In this document: piece by piece, positions 1 through 11,948 of the stretch
How the letters are laid out: the number at the start of each line of letters is the position of its first letter
Position numbering within the stretch: the stretch's first letter is position 1
From: Monocercomonoides exilis PA203
Lineage: Eukaryota > Protista > Preaxostyla
Reading direction: 5' to 3'
Assembly: GCA_001643675.2 (NCBI GenBank)
Contig: LSRY02000020.1
Location: 868,001-932,000, forward strand
Length of the DNA: 64,000 nucleotides
The notes under the pieces: generated by a model
Seen by the model: only the letters and a program-made list of their open reading frames with translations
What the model was told of the DNA's origin: nothing
Database searches by the model: none
Translations under genes and position numbers: made by a program

Positions 1-2
1 AG

Positions 3-3000
3 ATTTGTTTGACTGGATCTGCTGGAATGCAAGTATCTGAAGCGTTGTCAATTCCATTTGTTCAAGAAGTTGTTTCATGTACACTTGCAGTTCGAAAATT
101 ACTACCACCTGTTGATGTCATTTTGGAATTGGGAGGAGAAGATGCTAAGATTGTATATTTTACAGAAATAGATGGGCAAAAAACTGTAACATCCAAAAGC
201 TTATCTTCTGAAACTGCAAGTTCCAGCAGTTCGACAAAAGAAGAAACAAAGCCTTGTTCATCTGCTTGCAGCTCATCATCAAATGAAAGCTCGTCATGTT
301 CTTGCTCTGATTGTTCTTCGCCAAAAGACCGAAATGTTGCAATTGATTCTCGAATGAACACAATGTGCGCAGCAGGTACTGGTGCTTTTATCGATCAAAT
401 GGCTGCACTTTTGGAAACTGATGCTGAGGGATTGAATAACTTAGCAAAAACATACACACATCTTTATACAATTGCTTCTCGATGCGGCGTTTTTGCAAAG
501 TCTGATGTGCAACCGTTGCTCAATGAAGGTGTACCAAAGAGTGATGTTGCAGCTTCTGTTTTGCAATCAGTTGTCAATCAGACAATTTCTGGTTTGGCAT
601 CTGGAAAGCCCATCAAAGGCAGAGTTGCATTTTTGGGAGGGCCTCTTCATTTTTTGAGTGAACTGCGTAACATGTTTATCAAGACACTTGCGTTAGTAGA
701 TGAATCCGAAATCAATACCATTTTGAGCGAGAAAAGAGAACCGGAAGGCGAAGAAGGCAAAAAATTTATTCGCTACGGAACTGGCCTGCTTCCTGAGAAT
801 GCTCAGTTTTATGTGGCAAGAGGAGCAGCGCTTTATTCAGCATCTCAAACACCATTCCCAACAGCATTTTTGCAAGGGCGTATCGAAAAGATGTCTGACA
901 AACTGCGAGCGGCTTCGTATAAGCAGTTGCTTCCGCCTCTGTTTGAATCTGCTGAAGCTTTGAATGCATTCAGAGAGCGTCATTCACATTCAGTTGTTCC
1001 TCGGTTCAGCATGGAAAATGCGCGTGGTCCTTTGTTTTTGGGGATTGACTGTGGGAGCACAACGATAAAAGGGTGCCTGACGAACTTGAAAGGAGAGGTT
1101 GGGTGGATGTACTACACAACTCATCAGGGAAACCCGTTGAAAGCTGCAATAGACATGTTCACCAGCATGTGGACGAGCATTCTTGAAGAGCCAAAACCTA
1201 CTGAAGAAGAAAAAGCAGCGGGGAAAGGTGAAAACGGCTTTGAAAAGCCGTTTATTGCGCGTGCTGTGGCGACTGGATACGGAGAGAATCTGATCAAAGC
1301 AGCGTTTTTGGTAGACGACGGGATGGTGGAGACGATGTGCCATTTGAAGGCAGCGCAGTTCTTCCAGCCAGATGTGGACTTTGTGCTTGATATCGGAGGG
1401 CAGGACATGAAGAGCATGACGATCGATGTCGATGTCTCTGAGAAAAGTCCCAGTCCGAGCCCGAGTCCCAGTGCAAGTGCAAGCGCCAGTGCTTCATCGC
1501 AGTCTTCTTCTTCTTCTTCTTCCAGCTCAAATGACTCGGTGGAGAAGCGACGCAGAAGCGGAGGTGTCATCTCAACTATCTGCTTGAATGAAGCCTGCTC
1601 GTCTGGTTGTGGGTCATTCATTCAAACTCTGTCAGCCACTTTGGAAATGCCAATTACAGAATTTTCAGCAGCTGGCTTGCGTTCAAAGCAGCCTGTGGAT
1701 TTGGGCAGCAGATGCACTGTGTTTATGAACAGTCGTATCAAACAGGCACAGAAAGATTGTGCAACAGTGGAAGATATTTCTGCTGGACTTGCATTGTCCA
1801 TCATTAAAAATGCACTGTTTAAAGTCATTCGTATACACGATCCGAAGGAGCTTGGGACGAAAGTTGTGGTACAAGGAGGGACATTTTTGAATGATTCCGT
1901 TCTTCGTGCAGCGGAGATTGTGTTTGACACAACAGTTGTGCGACCTGATATTGCTGGGCATATGGGCGCCTTTGGAGCTGCGCTGGTTGCACAGGAGCAG
2001 TGGGAAAAGCTGAATGCGGAAGTGGCGAGTGCAGTGGCAGACACAACAACCAAGCAAGATGAAGGAGAAGTGGATAGAGATGAAACCCCGATGGACGATG
2101 AAGACACAGCTGAGATGACGAAGGAGCTGAAGAAAGGGTTGAGTCAGACATCGTTCTTGTCGTTGCAGGACATCAAAGAACTGAAATGGGAGTCGACAAG
2201 CAGGAGATGCGGGCAGTGCGTCAACAACTGCCAACTGACTGTGCATCGCTTCTCTCATCATGATGGAGCTGAGCACATCAGTGGTAACAAATGCGAAAGA
2301 GGGTTGCCACCGGACCAGCGCCGAATTGACCAGACGCTCCCAGATCTGGTAGCGTGGCATCGGCAGCGTGTGTTCTCGCCAAAGCTGTACACACCACTGC
2401 TTCCGAAGGATGCGCCAAGAGGCACATTAGGAATTCCCCGAGCTTTGTTTATGTGGGAGGACTATCCGATGTGGTTCACTGTGTTTACGAAGCTGGGATT
2501 TCGAGTTATTATTTCGCGCGAGTCAAATGAGAAGATGCATTTGAAGGCAATGGAGACTATCCCATCTGAGGCTGCATGTTATCCAGCAAAGCTGATGCAT
2601 GGCCATGTGGCAGATCTGATTGAACGCAAAGTGGATGCTATTTTCTTCCCGATGCATTTGTATGGAAGGAAAGAAGTGAAAGATGCGCCAGAACATTTCT
2701 ACTGTGCCCTGTTGTCTACATATGCTGCGATGATCAACAACTCGTTTGATTTTAAAAAGCTTGGTATTAAATACTTTATGCCTCCAGTGCTTATCTATGA
2801 GGAAGATAAAGGAGCAAAGCGCTTTGGAGAGGAAGTTCACAAAATGTGGCCAGAAATCAAAAAAAGCGAAGGAAGAGACGCGTTTGCTGCGGGATGCAAG
2901 GCGTTTAAGGAGTGGAGAGAGGAATACAGGAGGAAAGGAGAAGAAGCGATCCAGCTGTCTCGCTCAAAGGGGAAGCCACTTGCAGTGCTTGCAGCGTATC

Positions 3001-5096
3001 CCTATCAGCTCGATGGCATCCACTGCGGGGCGATTACTCCGATGCTTCTGCAGGAAGGTTATACTGTTCTGACTGCTGATGCTATAGCTCATTTGGGTGC
3101 AGACGCGAAAATGCCGTATGAGATACTCAACATGTACTCGATGGACGGTCGCATTTTGGAGGCTGCAAAGTATGTGTGCAAAGACGGGAATGAAGACTTT
3201 ATATTCATTTATCTCTCTTCCTTTGGGTGTGGGGTGACTCCCTCTTGCCACGAGCAGTGCTGCTCCTGGTTGAAATTTAAGGGAAGAATGTATGCGAACA
3301 TCAAAATCGATCAGGCACTCAACATGGGAGCAGTGCGTGTTCGTATTCGGTCTCTTGTTGCTGCCCATCGCATGCAACGCTATCGGCACACACTTCCCTT
3401 GGTTGCTCCTTCATCTTCTCCAGCTGCCTCTTCCCCTCCAGCTGCAGACACACCATCATCTTCATCAACACCTTCAAGTTCACCTTCGCCTTCGCAGTCA
3501 GCAGGTGCGACACCTGTTTCATTCAAAAAGGAACTGGTTGAGGTTGTTGTGAAGCAAGGACTGAAATCGATTCCCAAGAAGCCATATACAGTGCTTGTTT
3601 CAAACTTTTCTGAAGAGCACACGGATGGATATTGTGCAGGGCTCAACAGCGAAGGATGGAACTTTGTTGTGTGTCCTGATTTCAAGCAGCAGGAGACTGT
3701 TGACATGGGGCTGCGGTACGTGAACAACGACTGCTGCTATGGAGCTATCCTGATTGTTGGAGGTATAATCTTAGCGCTGAAAAAGGGGCTGTATGATCCA
3801 GATAAGACCCACGTGGCGTGGATTCATATGGGCGGCTCGTGCAGTTCGAGGAGCTTGGCGTTTACCATCCGCCGTGGGCTTATTCAGGCTGGCTATCCAC
3901 AAGTTGGAGTGTCTGAGTTCAACTACAATTTCTTGTGCAATCCTGAACTGAGCATATCGCAGACATTGAGAGTTAACTATGCGTTTGTGATGAATGATTT
4001 GCTGACTCGCCTGTATCACAGGTGCCATCCGTACGAAAAGGAAAAGGGATCTTCGATGAAGCTTTGGAAGGAATGGAAAGAGAAAACGCTCAAGCACGTT
4101 GAAAAGGGATCGATTTTGAAGACCAAGTCGTTCATGAAGAAGATGGTGAAAGCATTTGAGAAGCTGCCACTGGTGACAGAAGAGAGAACGAAGCCGCGTG
4201 TGGGTATCATCGGAACTATGTGCAAAGTGGAGCCAGAGTTCTACTATTGGCTGCTCGACTATCTTGTCGATGAAGAAGGCTGCGAAGTGTCTGTGCTGGA
4301 CTTCTATGGCTATGCTATTGCTCCGTCGTACAACGCAATGAATGCATACAACACATACTCATTCCCGTTCATGATGAAAGTTGGGGGATTCTTTGCAAAC
4401 AAGATGATTGCGACTTTTATCGACTGGGGAAGTGCTGCATTGAAAGGGTCAAAAAGATTTGATCCGATGATGCCGATGAGCACGGTGCTTGAGCGCACGT
4501 GGTCGATTGTGCCCAAATACCACATTTCCGGGGAAGGGTGGTTCTACACCTCGCAGTTTGTGTTTCTCCTTGACCAAGGCGTGGACAACTTCATCTGCAC
4601 CACGCCGTTTGACTGCATGCCTGTGCATCTCGGCTGCCGGGGTGCGATGAAGCAGCTGAAGGAGATGTTCCCGAAGCTGAATGCGTGCATTCTTGATTTC
4701 GATGCTGGGACCTCGCGAATGAACCTGACGAACAGGATTCGGCTGATGCTGAACTCGATGCCTGAGAGGCAGCTGTCTGGTCCCAAGAAGACTTTGTGCT
4801 CGCTGGTTGACTTGGAAGATCTTGTTGCTCGTGATGCATCACAAACATCTGTTGATTCATCATCAGAATCTGCATCAGCATCTTCTTCTTCTTCTTCTTC
4901 ACAAGATGAATTTGCTGGAAAGATGCCAATGGCAATGGAATGCAAGCCGTCTGCTTGCCGCTCTTGCGCCTCGTCTGCTACGTGCTCTATTTTGAGCTCT
5001 GCTTTGTTGCAAAGCAGCACCTCAAGTACGCCTTCGTCTATTCCTTCTGCTGCCCCGCAAGATCAACCAGTCGCACAGGCAACAACACCTTCATAG
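3..5096 (+). CDS. Fused CoA-substrate-specific enzyme activase / 2-hydroxyacyl-CoA dehydratase-like Fe-S protein (two BadF/BadG/BcrA/BcrD ATPase domains + DUF2229/HGD-D-like region); 5' end lies upstream of the window
   Basis: Frame is open from the window start. ASKHA activase motifs LELGGEDAK, MCAAGTGAF, IASRCGVF (domain 1) and GIDCGSTT, LDIGGQDMK, ACSSGCGSF, LGSRCTVF, VVQGGTF (domain 2). Then CGQCVNNC...GNKC, ACYPAK, SFGCG, DCCYG, PFDCMP. No intron in 5.1 kb. Confidence 0.9.
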   Translation: MCLTGSAGMQVSEALSIPFVQEVVSCTLAVRKLLPPVDVILELGGEDAKIVYFTEIDGQKTVTSKSLSSETASSSSSTKEETKPCSSACSSSSNESSSCSCSDCSSPKDRNVAIDSRMNTMCAAGTGAFIDQMAALLETDAEGLNNLAKTYTHLYTIASRCGVFAKSDVQPLLNEGVPKSDVAASVLQSVVNQTISGLASGKPIKGRVAFLGGPLHFLSELRNMFIKTLALVDESEINTILSEKREPEGEEGKKFIRYGTGLLPENAQFYVARGAALYSASQTPFPTAFLQGRIEKMSDKLRAASYKQLLPPLFESAEALNAFRERHSHSVVPRFSMENARGPLFLGIDCGSTTIKGCLTNLKGEVGWMYYTTHQGNPLKAAIDMFTSMWTSILEEPKPTEEEKAAGKGENGFEKPFIARAVATGYGENLIKAAFLVDDGMVETMCHLKAAQFFQPDVDFVLDIGGQDMKSMTIDVDVSEKSPSPSPSPSASASASASSQSSSSSSSSSNDSVEKRRRSGGVISTICLNEACSSGCGSFIQTLSATLEMPITEFSAAGLRSKQPVDLGSRCTVFMNSRIKQAQKDCATVEDISAGLALSIIKNALFKVIRIHDPKELGTKVVVQGGTFLNDSVLRAAEIVFDTTVVRPDIAGHMGAFGAALVAQEQWEKLNAEVASAVADTTTKQDEGEVDRDETPMDDEDTAEMTKELKKGLSQTSFLSLQDIKELKWESTSRRCGQCVNNCQLTVHRFSHHDGAEHISGNKCERGLPPDQRRIDQTLPDLVAWHRQRVFSPKLYTPLLPKDAPRGTLGIPRALFMWEDYPMWFTVFTKLGFRVIISRESNEKMHLKAMETIPSEAACYPAKLMHGHVADLIERKVDAIFFPMHLYGRKEVKDAPEHFYCALLSTYAAMINNSFDFKKLGIKYFMPPVLIYEEDKGAKRFGEEVHKMWPEIKKSEGRDAFAAGCKAFKEWREEYRRKGEEAIQLSRSKGKPLAVLAAYPYQLDGIHCGAITPMLLQEGYTVLTADAIAHLGADAKMPYEILNMYSMDGRILEAAKYVCKDGNEDFIFIYLSSFGCGVTPSCHEQCCSWLKFKGRMYANIKIDQALNMGAVRVRIRSLVAAHRMQRYRHTLPLVAPSSSPAASSPPAADTPSSSSTPSSSPSPSQSAGATPVSFKKELVEVVVKQGLKSIPKKPYTVLVSNFSEEHTDGYCAGLNSEGWNFVVCPDFKQQETVDMGLRYVNNDCCYGAILIVGGIILALKKGLYDPDKTHVAWIHMGGSCSSRSLAFTIRRGLIQAGYPQVGVSEFNYNFLCNPELSISQTLRVNYAFVMNDLLTRLYHRCHPYEKEKGSSMKLWKEWKEKTLKHVEKGSILKTKSFMKKMVKAFEKLPLVTEERTKPRVGIIGTMCKVEPEFYYWLLDYLVDEEGCEVSVLDFYGYAIAPSYNAMNAYNTYSFPFMMKVGGFFANKMIATFIDWGSAALKGSKRFDPMMPMSTVLERTWSIVPKYHISGEGWFYTSQFVFLLDQGVDNFICTTPFDCMPVHLGCRGAMKQLKEMFPKLNACILDFDAGTSRMNLTNRIRLMLNSMPERQLSGPKKTLCSLVDLEDLVARDASQTSVDSSSESASASSSSSSSQDEFAGKMPMAMECKPSACRSCASSATCSILSSALLQSSTSSTPSSIPSAAPQDQPVAQATTPS

Positions 5097-6088
5097 AAGA
5101 ATTACAATGTTTGTTTTTTGAGAGTTTTTTTTATAAAAGAATAAAAGAATATTTCATTGGATTATCCATTTTAATGCATTAACGTTATGATTTTGTTAAT
5201 CTCGTTGATTAGTTTTATAAATAACAATGATATTTTTCTTGTTATATAATTGTTTGAAGTATAAGTATATTCATATTTTCCGAAAAAGTTTTGATAATTT
5301 GTTGCTTCTTTATTACAAATCTATGATGCTGTTTCTTTTTTTTAGAATGTTTCCTTTTTGACTCTGTTCCAAGAGGATATCTGGCAAACAGATGTATTTT
5401 GATTCTTCTGAACGAGTATTTGATTAGAAGCTCGGTAAACTCTGATGCTTCAGTCAATACTCATCGGCTTAACTGTTCGGTCGAATCTACTTCTTCTTTT
5501 AATCAGATGTTCTTTGTCACTCGCTTTCAGTCATATTAGCATTATATTTAATTGATTATTTGAATTCTTTTTGTCTTTTCTTTTCTTTTTTAATGACAAT
5601 TGTATTTTTCATCACTAAATGAAGTAGTTACAAAGTATTAATAGCAATACGAACAATTGAAACTCACATGAACTATCAATTCACACTTTCTTTAAAAAAG
5701 AATATGTATTAGCAGATAATTTGTTTCTGTCTAATCTGTTTTTTATTTTTGTCTTCTAATTGAAATTGGATTTAAAAACTTTTCAAGTCAATTTTGAAAA
5801 AAATGGAGCATTGATGCTATTCTCCTTTTTTGTTGTTTATTTCAAACTGCCTTTCGTCTGATATGCAGTTTTCATGTATTTCGAAGTCTTTTTGACGAAT
5901 TTTTCAACTTTGAACTGAATCAAAAAATGAATCCAAATGAAAAATAAAAAGAAAAAATAGAAAGATAGAAAGAAATTTTCAATAAAAGCAATTCAAATAG
6001 ATATTGTAACAAAAATGATAACTCGGAAGTACACTCATCAATGAAAAGAAAGATTTAATTTGAACGTTTCATTTTTTATTTTTGAAAT

Positions 6089-7589
6089 TTAAAAGCAAAT
6101 CAAATAGTCACAAAGATTTCTAGAAAAGCGAACATTACAATACTTAAAGATCTTTTGGTTAGTGATGATTAATATTATGTCTTCATAGCCTTTTTCCTCA
6201 GTCAGCTCATAAATTTCTCTCTTCATCTTCTTTATTGTTGCTTTATCCTTCTCTGAACTCGTCTTTATACACATGTTTTTTGTTAGCAATGAAAAGAATT
6301 GCAGTCCGTATGCAACTATTTCAATCTCCAATTTCGCTTGAAGCATTTTTTCAGAAAAGAAATCAAAGACTCTTAACTTCAATGAATGATTTTCTCTAAA
6401 TGTTGCTTCATTTATTATTTTCTCAATAATTGCACTGCAATGATCCTTTATTCTTCTGTGATATTTCTTTGATGCTTTATTCAGTTTCGCAACACATGCA
6501 AGCAACTGAACCAATTCTTCTTCTTTCCATAATCCACAAAGTTGAAAACGTGTGTCAATCATTTTCAGCCATCTTCGAATAATGAGTGCTTCTTTCTTTT
6601 GCGCTAATTTTTCTTTGTCTTTCTTCCAATCAACAGTTCTTTCCAGTTCGCCTATTTCTAGCAATGTCTCTTTCGCAAATTGCAACTCAGTCATATATAT
6701 TTTTTGAACATCCAAGAAGTATATCCTGTCAAAGAAAAACTCCCAAGCGCATTGATACGCAAGATGTGTAAGGTTGCGGGCTTGCTGATGATATTTAATT
6801 ATTTCTGTTATTTCTGTTAAATAAAATTCTTTTTCAACAAACTTGCATTTATAAATATAAATGACAAGAGAAAAGCCAAATTGTATAAAAAATTAATAAA
6901 AATTTCAATTGCTTGAGATAAAAAGGCAATGTTCACACGCTAAACATTTTTGTCCTTGTCAAAGCTAATAGCGACTTTTCAACCTCTTTTTTCTCTTTCT
7001 CGCTTTCGCCTTTGTTTAAAGCAGCTTTTAGAAGGTGACATATGCAAAAATATAATACTCCATCCCCTGCATAGTAACATGAAGAATTTAATAGAAAACA
7101 TTCACAATAACAAATCAATGTTTCTTCGTTATTTTTATTTTTGATACTTTCTTCGTAGATTATAATCTTCATATAATCATTAATCAACTTTGACGAAAAA
7201 GGAAACAGTGGTTCTTTTTTGTCAACAATTGTCTTCCAATAACCAATGTTACAAATCAATGGATTCACCATCTCCAATGATAATTGTTCTTTTCCAATCA
7301 TTTGCGCTACTATGTCGAATAGTTTGCTTTTCACAATTGATTCAAGTTCGTCATCATTCAAACTATTTATCATAGCATTCATTTCTTCGATTTTCTGTTT
7401 TTTCTCAGCATATGTGGAATGAGCCAAATTCGAAAATGTTTCTAAATAAAGTATATAATGTATTTCTTTCAAAAAACGAAAACTTCAATTGTTCGAACCT
7501 CTAAACTGATTCAAGCTTTCTAATAATATCAATTGTTCATTTGGTGTGGGGCTGTTATCTTTTTTCTTTTCAGAAAATGATTGCCCCAT
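6089..7589 (-). CDS. Hypothetical helical protein of a lineage-expanded family (~448 aa, 3 exons)
   Basis: Exons 7589-7499, 7441-6939 and 6841-6089 join in frame through GT-AG introns (7498-7442, 6938-6842), linking track ORFs 6933..7472 and 6089..6715. Motifs EKKQKIEEMN and EIIKYHQQARNLTHLAYQCAW resemble, from recall, a highly expanded Monocercomonoides family. Starts MGQSFS. Confidence 0.8.
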
Positions 7590-8857
7590 ACGTTACAAAG
7601 CAATTATGCCAAATGGTTCAATGCTTAAAAAGCTAAAAAAAACTATTAAAATTTTTTGTAAAAAAGTGGGATAACGTATATGATTATGGTATTTTTCTTT
7701 TTGATTTCGAATATTATAATAAAAATAATACATTTACATTTGTTAAATAATACATTTCAATTTTTAAAATTTTTTCATCATTGATCCAAACGGAGATATT
7801 ACAACAATGTGTTCAAGAAACACTCGATTTAAATATAGATGTTTTTTGTTAAACATCAATCAGAACGAATTGTTCACATCGATTTTCAAAACTTCTTTTT
7901 TCCATTGTTTTTATTGTTATTGATTGGAATCTTAATTATTGGAAATGATTTCGAAAAAATGTTTATTTTGAAATGAAGAAAATTTTCTGTAAAGACGGTT
8001 TTCTCATCAACGAAACAAAAAAGAATTTCAATAATTTTTTGAATAATTTGTCATCTCATAACAAACTCACTTGATATAAAACGCTTTCTTTCACATGATT
8101 TGAGTATTTTAAAAAACACTTATGGATGTATCTTTGAAAAAGGATTTCGAGTTTCTACGAGATATCAATTAATTAATTTAAAATAATAATAAATCGAATG
8201 ATATGAAAACGAAAATGTTTTATGACTGGTGAGTTAACGATGATTGGATATATTACATGAAACTATGTTAATTGTTCTTTTTGTCGTTGTTGAGAAAACT
8301 GTTTTGTTGTGTATTTTTAACACAATCTTCAATAACATAACAAAAACTTCAATCATTTGAATGAAAAATAGTAAACAACAAATAAATGACAATATTCGTA
8401 TGATCAAAGAGTTATTCTTTATTAACATTCTTTATTCAAAAACACATGGCATTTCTGAAGTTAGAACCAATTTGTTTGATTTAAATACTTTCATAAAAAT
8501 AAAACTATCTTATTTGCGTTTCATCAAATAATTTATTTGAGTTATAAGAGGCTTTATTGTTTTTGATTTTCAATCCTTTTTTTTCATTAAAAAAGATTGT
8601 TCAAAATAAATATTGCATAAACTCGTAAAGACTGCATCTAACGTAATAAGTGCCAATCTCACTAATTAAGATTAAAACATTCAAAGGTTAAAAAAAATAA
8701 CTGTTCATCCAAAACATAACAAACTTTACATAAATGGTAAGAATTTTAAAAAATAAAGATTCTGTCAATTCATTCTCTTATAATACAAACAATTTCACAA
8801 AAATTTTATAAACGATAAAAATAAAAATAAAAATAAAATTTAAAAACAACTCCATTT

Positions 8858-11445
8858 TTAAACAACATTTTGTTTTCCTGAAATCAGTGGCCATTCTTCT
8901 GGAAGAGCTTGTTTTCGAGTTTTTCTCTTCCTCATAACAACTAATATAACAACTACACAGACGATGGCAAGTGCACAACATGAACATCCAACAACAATTA
9001 TTCCTGTAACTCCAAATTTTGATTTCTTTCCTTGGTTTGATTGTTGTTCGGTATTCTCCTTTGCATTTTGAACTTCGCCAAATAAACCACGTAAAGTCGA
9101 ATTCGAAGGAGGAATCTTAGGCGTTTTAATACAAGCATTGTCAGCATTAAGATAGTATCCATCTTCACATCTTCTGAACACGCACTTGCTGTAATTAAAA
9201 GCACCATTAACGCAGGGGCTTCCATAAATCATATGCTGTCCAGATGGAGCAGTGCAGTTATCGTTTTGTATCACTTGAAAATCAAAGCACTTTTCAAACA
9301 TATAACGAACAGCTTGCGCTGCAGACGCGTATCCCTCCATAGTGAATTGGGTCTCAACCTTTGGATACAAAGGATACACCTCATCTGGCTGGATGATCTT
9401 GAATTCAAGCTCTTCATCTGGAGTTTTCCAGTCGAACGAATATCCTGTGTTCATCACCCATGAAAGAGAAGTGCCCTTTCGAGGGAACATTTTGATGCCT
9501 GGGGCATCTAATTTTTCAAACATGTCCGAATTGATCACGTTCCCTGCTGCAAATGAGGCAATATCATAAGGCATTGTCTGTTGATTCAATGCTCCTCCAA
9601 ATCCAATCACTTTCGCTTGCTGTGTTTCCTTCACATGTTTTAAGAACTGCGAGCATGTTGATCCACATTCTCCATCCGTGACAAACAAAAGATCATTTGC
9701 ATCAAACAATTGCTTGTCCCTGTATTCTTCAGGAATAAACAGTTTGAAAAAGGATTCAAAGTATCGGTCAGTGTTCATTGAATATGGTTGAGTCCAGTTC
9801 TGCTCACGTTGCCCAGTTGAAGTATTTCTTCTGATTTTGCGAGCAGGAAGATCAAACAAATTTGGTATTTGCTCCAGTGTGGTGTAATTTGTTATAAGAG
9901 TGCTTGTTTCTGTTTTTACCGTGTTCTTGAACATTTCATTATTAGCGGGCCCTTCCACAAAGGAATATTTTGGAGCAATAGGAAACATATTCGGGAACAA
10001 TAGATGGTATAGCTGAATTCCAAGGAAAGTGTAGCCACCTCCGTTTCCTCTCAAGTCAATAATCATTTTATAGCCAGCCTTTTTCGCTTCAATCATCACT
10101 TCAACAATTGAGCTCACCCACAACATGAGCTCAAAGTCTGCTTTTGGCGAAAATGATACAATGTGCATAACCCCGAGTTTCCATTCGTGAATAAGGCCTG
10201 TGCGAAGACTGCTATCAGATTCAAATACTTCAATGTTGGGAAGGGAATGCGGATCAATGGTTTTGCCTGTAGCCTTTCTTGCACCCTCTAATAGATCTCT
10301 GGCATCGTCTGCTTCGCTTCTGATTTTCCCAATTTTTTTCAGATGGTGTATTTGAGGAAGAATATCTCTCTCAAGTTGAAACGATATTCTTTTTTGAGTT
10401 TCAAACATTTGTCTAAATTCATCGTCATGTTTCAGCTTATCATATAATGTTGTAAATACCACATCATCTGCATGCTCCCTTATTATTTGATCAAAATCTT
10501 CTTCAGGCTTTTCATCGTCAAGCGCGAATATATCAGTGTAATCTTCAGTTACTGATGATTTTGAAGGGCACACTTTGTTAAAGAAATCCGTCACATTCGT
10601 TGAATTGACAAGAGGATATGCATAGAATGGAATTTTCACTGTAACTTTCCTTGATCCATTCAGCACGCGAAGAGAAATCGGACCTGGCGGTGGACTCAAT
10701 GACGGAGTTCTCACTGTAAATTGACTGCCTAATGCATAATTAAATTTGGCTGCTGGTGTTCGAGAGATTGAAACATGCTCGCTACTCCACCTTGCAATTG
10801 TGTTTGCGGGTGTTTCTGTTGTGTTTGCACTAATATCAGGAAGAACCATAGTTGTGACTGTGCTTTCAAGAATATTTGCACCGCCTCCTTTGATAAAAGA
10901 ATCAGTTACTCCTTTTATAATTGATTTCTTTACAACAACATTAACATTATCAGGTTTTGCTGGATTTGGCACCTGTAGTTCGAAGTTGTATGGAAACACA
11001 TAAATAAAGGCTTTAGAGCATGGATAATGATACGCAGTGTGGGCGTCATTCAACTTTGAAACGGCATTGGCAATTGATTGATGAAACTCAAATCCATCAT
11101 TGAACTTTATTCCTTTAATTTCATTTAAAGCTTTGACAATGTCGAATTTATCTTTTTTGAAGGGATCAGGAATATCTGCAGTTGTATCTCTGTAAGCATA
11201 TTGGCTGAAGAACGACCCCAAAGCTTCAAGAGTTTGAGCAACTTCCTTTGGTGAATTTTTGTACTAATTGTGAGAATAAAAGTATGAATAATGCAATAAA
11301 AGTTAAAATGAAAAAATAATTCAAAGTTTACCGGAAGATGACGTAAGCAGTTGACTGCACTATCAACTGTAACAAGAGAATGTGCTTGAAATCTACAATC
11401 TTCTGCAAATGTTAATAAGGTGAAAAGAAAGCAAATAGGGAGCAT
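8858..11445 (-). CDS. Peptidase S41 family protein, type I membrane protein (~839 aa, 2 exons)
   Basis: Exon 11445-11332 (signal peptide MLPICFLFTLLTFA), GT-AG intron 11331-11264, then exon 11263-8858 in frame. S41 motifs LNDAHT, IIDLRGNGGG and TDGECGSTC; Cys-rich juxtamembrane segment; TM helix followed by RKRK. Confidence 0.85.
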
Positions 11446-11948
11446 CACAGCAGGTGAAAAAAACACTTGATCTCTTATTATAATCTTCAAAATATCACAT
11501 TAAATGATCTTATCTTTGTAATTCTGTTAAAATGTCGTTGGTGAATGTGCGTCATTTTCAATGTGAAAATACGCAAAGAAATTTGCAGATTAGAATTCAT
11601 GAAATTTTGTAATTGATAATTCATTCGATGATTGAGTCTGAGTAATATTTCAATGGTTTTTGTTATTATTGCTTTGAAAATTCAAAAATCGTGTTTTAAT
11701 TTTGGAATGGTTTAACTTCAAAATTTGTCAACAACCAGGATATTTTTATTTGAAAAATTTAAGTTCAAATATAAGAAAGATTTTTTGTTGCTCAATAACT
11801 TTCCTTTTTTGAGCCATTGAATCTGCGCGATCATTAAGGTGTACTTTCATAATAAGTTAATGAATTATCATCTTTTTTTAACATTTATCAACTCTTTTTG
11901 CTGATCAATAAATAATATTTATTATTATTTGCAAAGTGCTTGTTGAAG

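Noticed and set aside
5242-5540. Slightly GC-richer intergenic patch with a 71-aa ORF
   Set aside because: Non-ATG start, upstream stops and no recognisable motif or structure. It could be a decayed fragment but cannot be supported.
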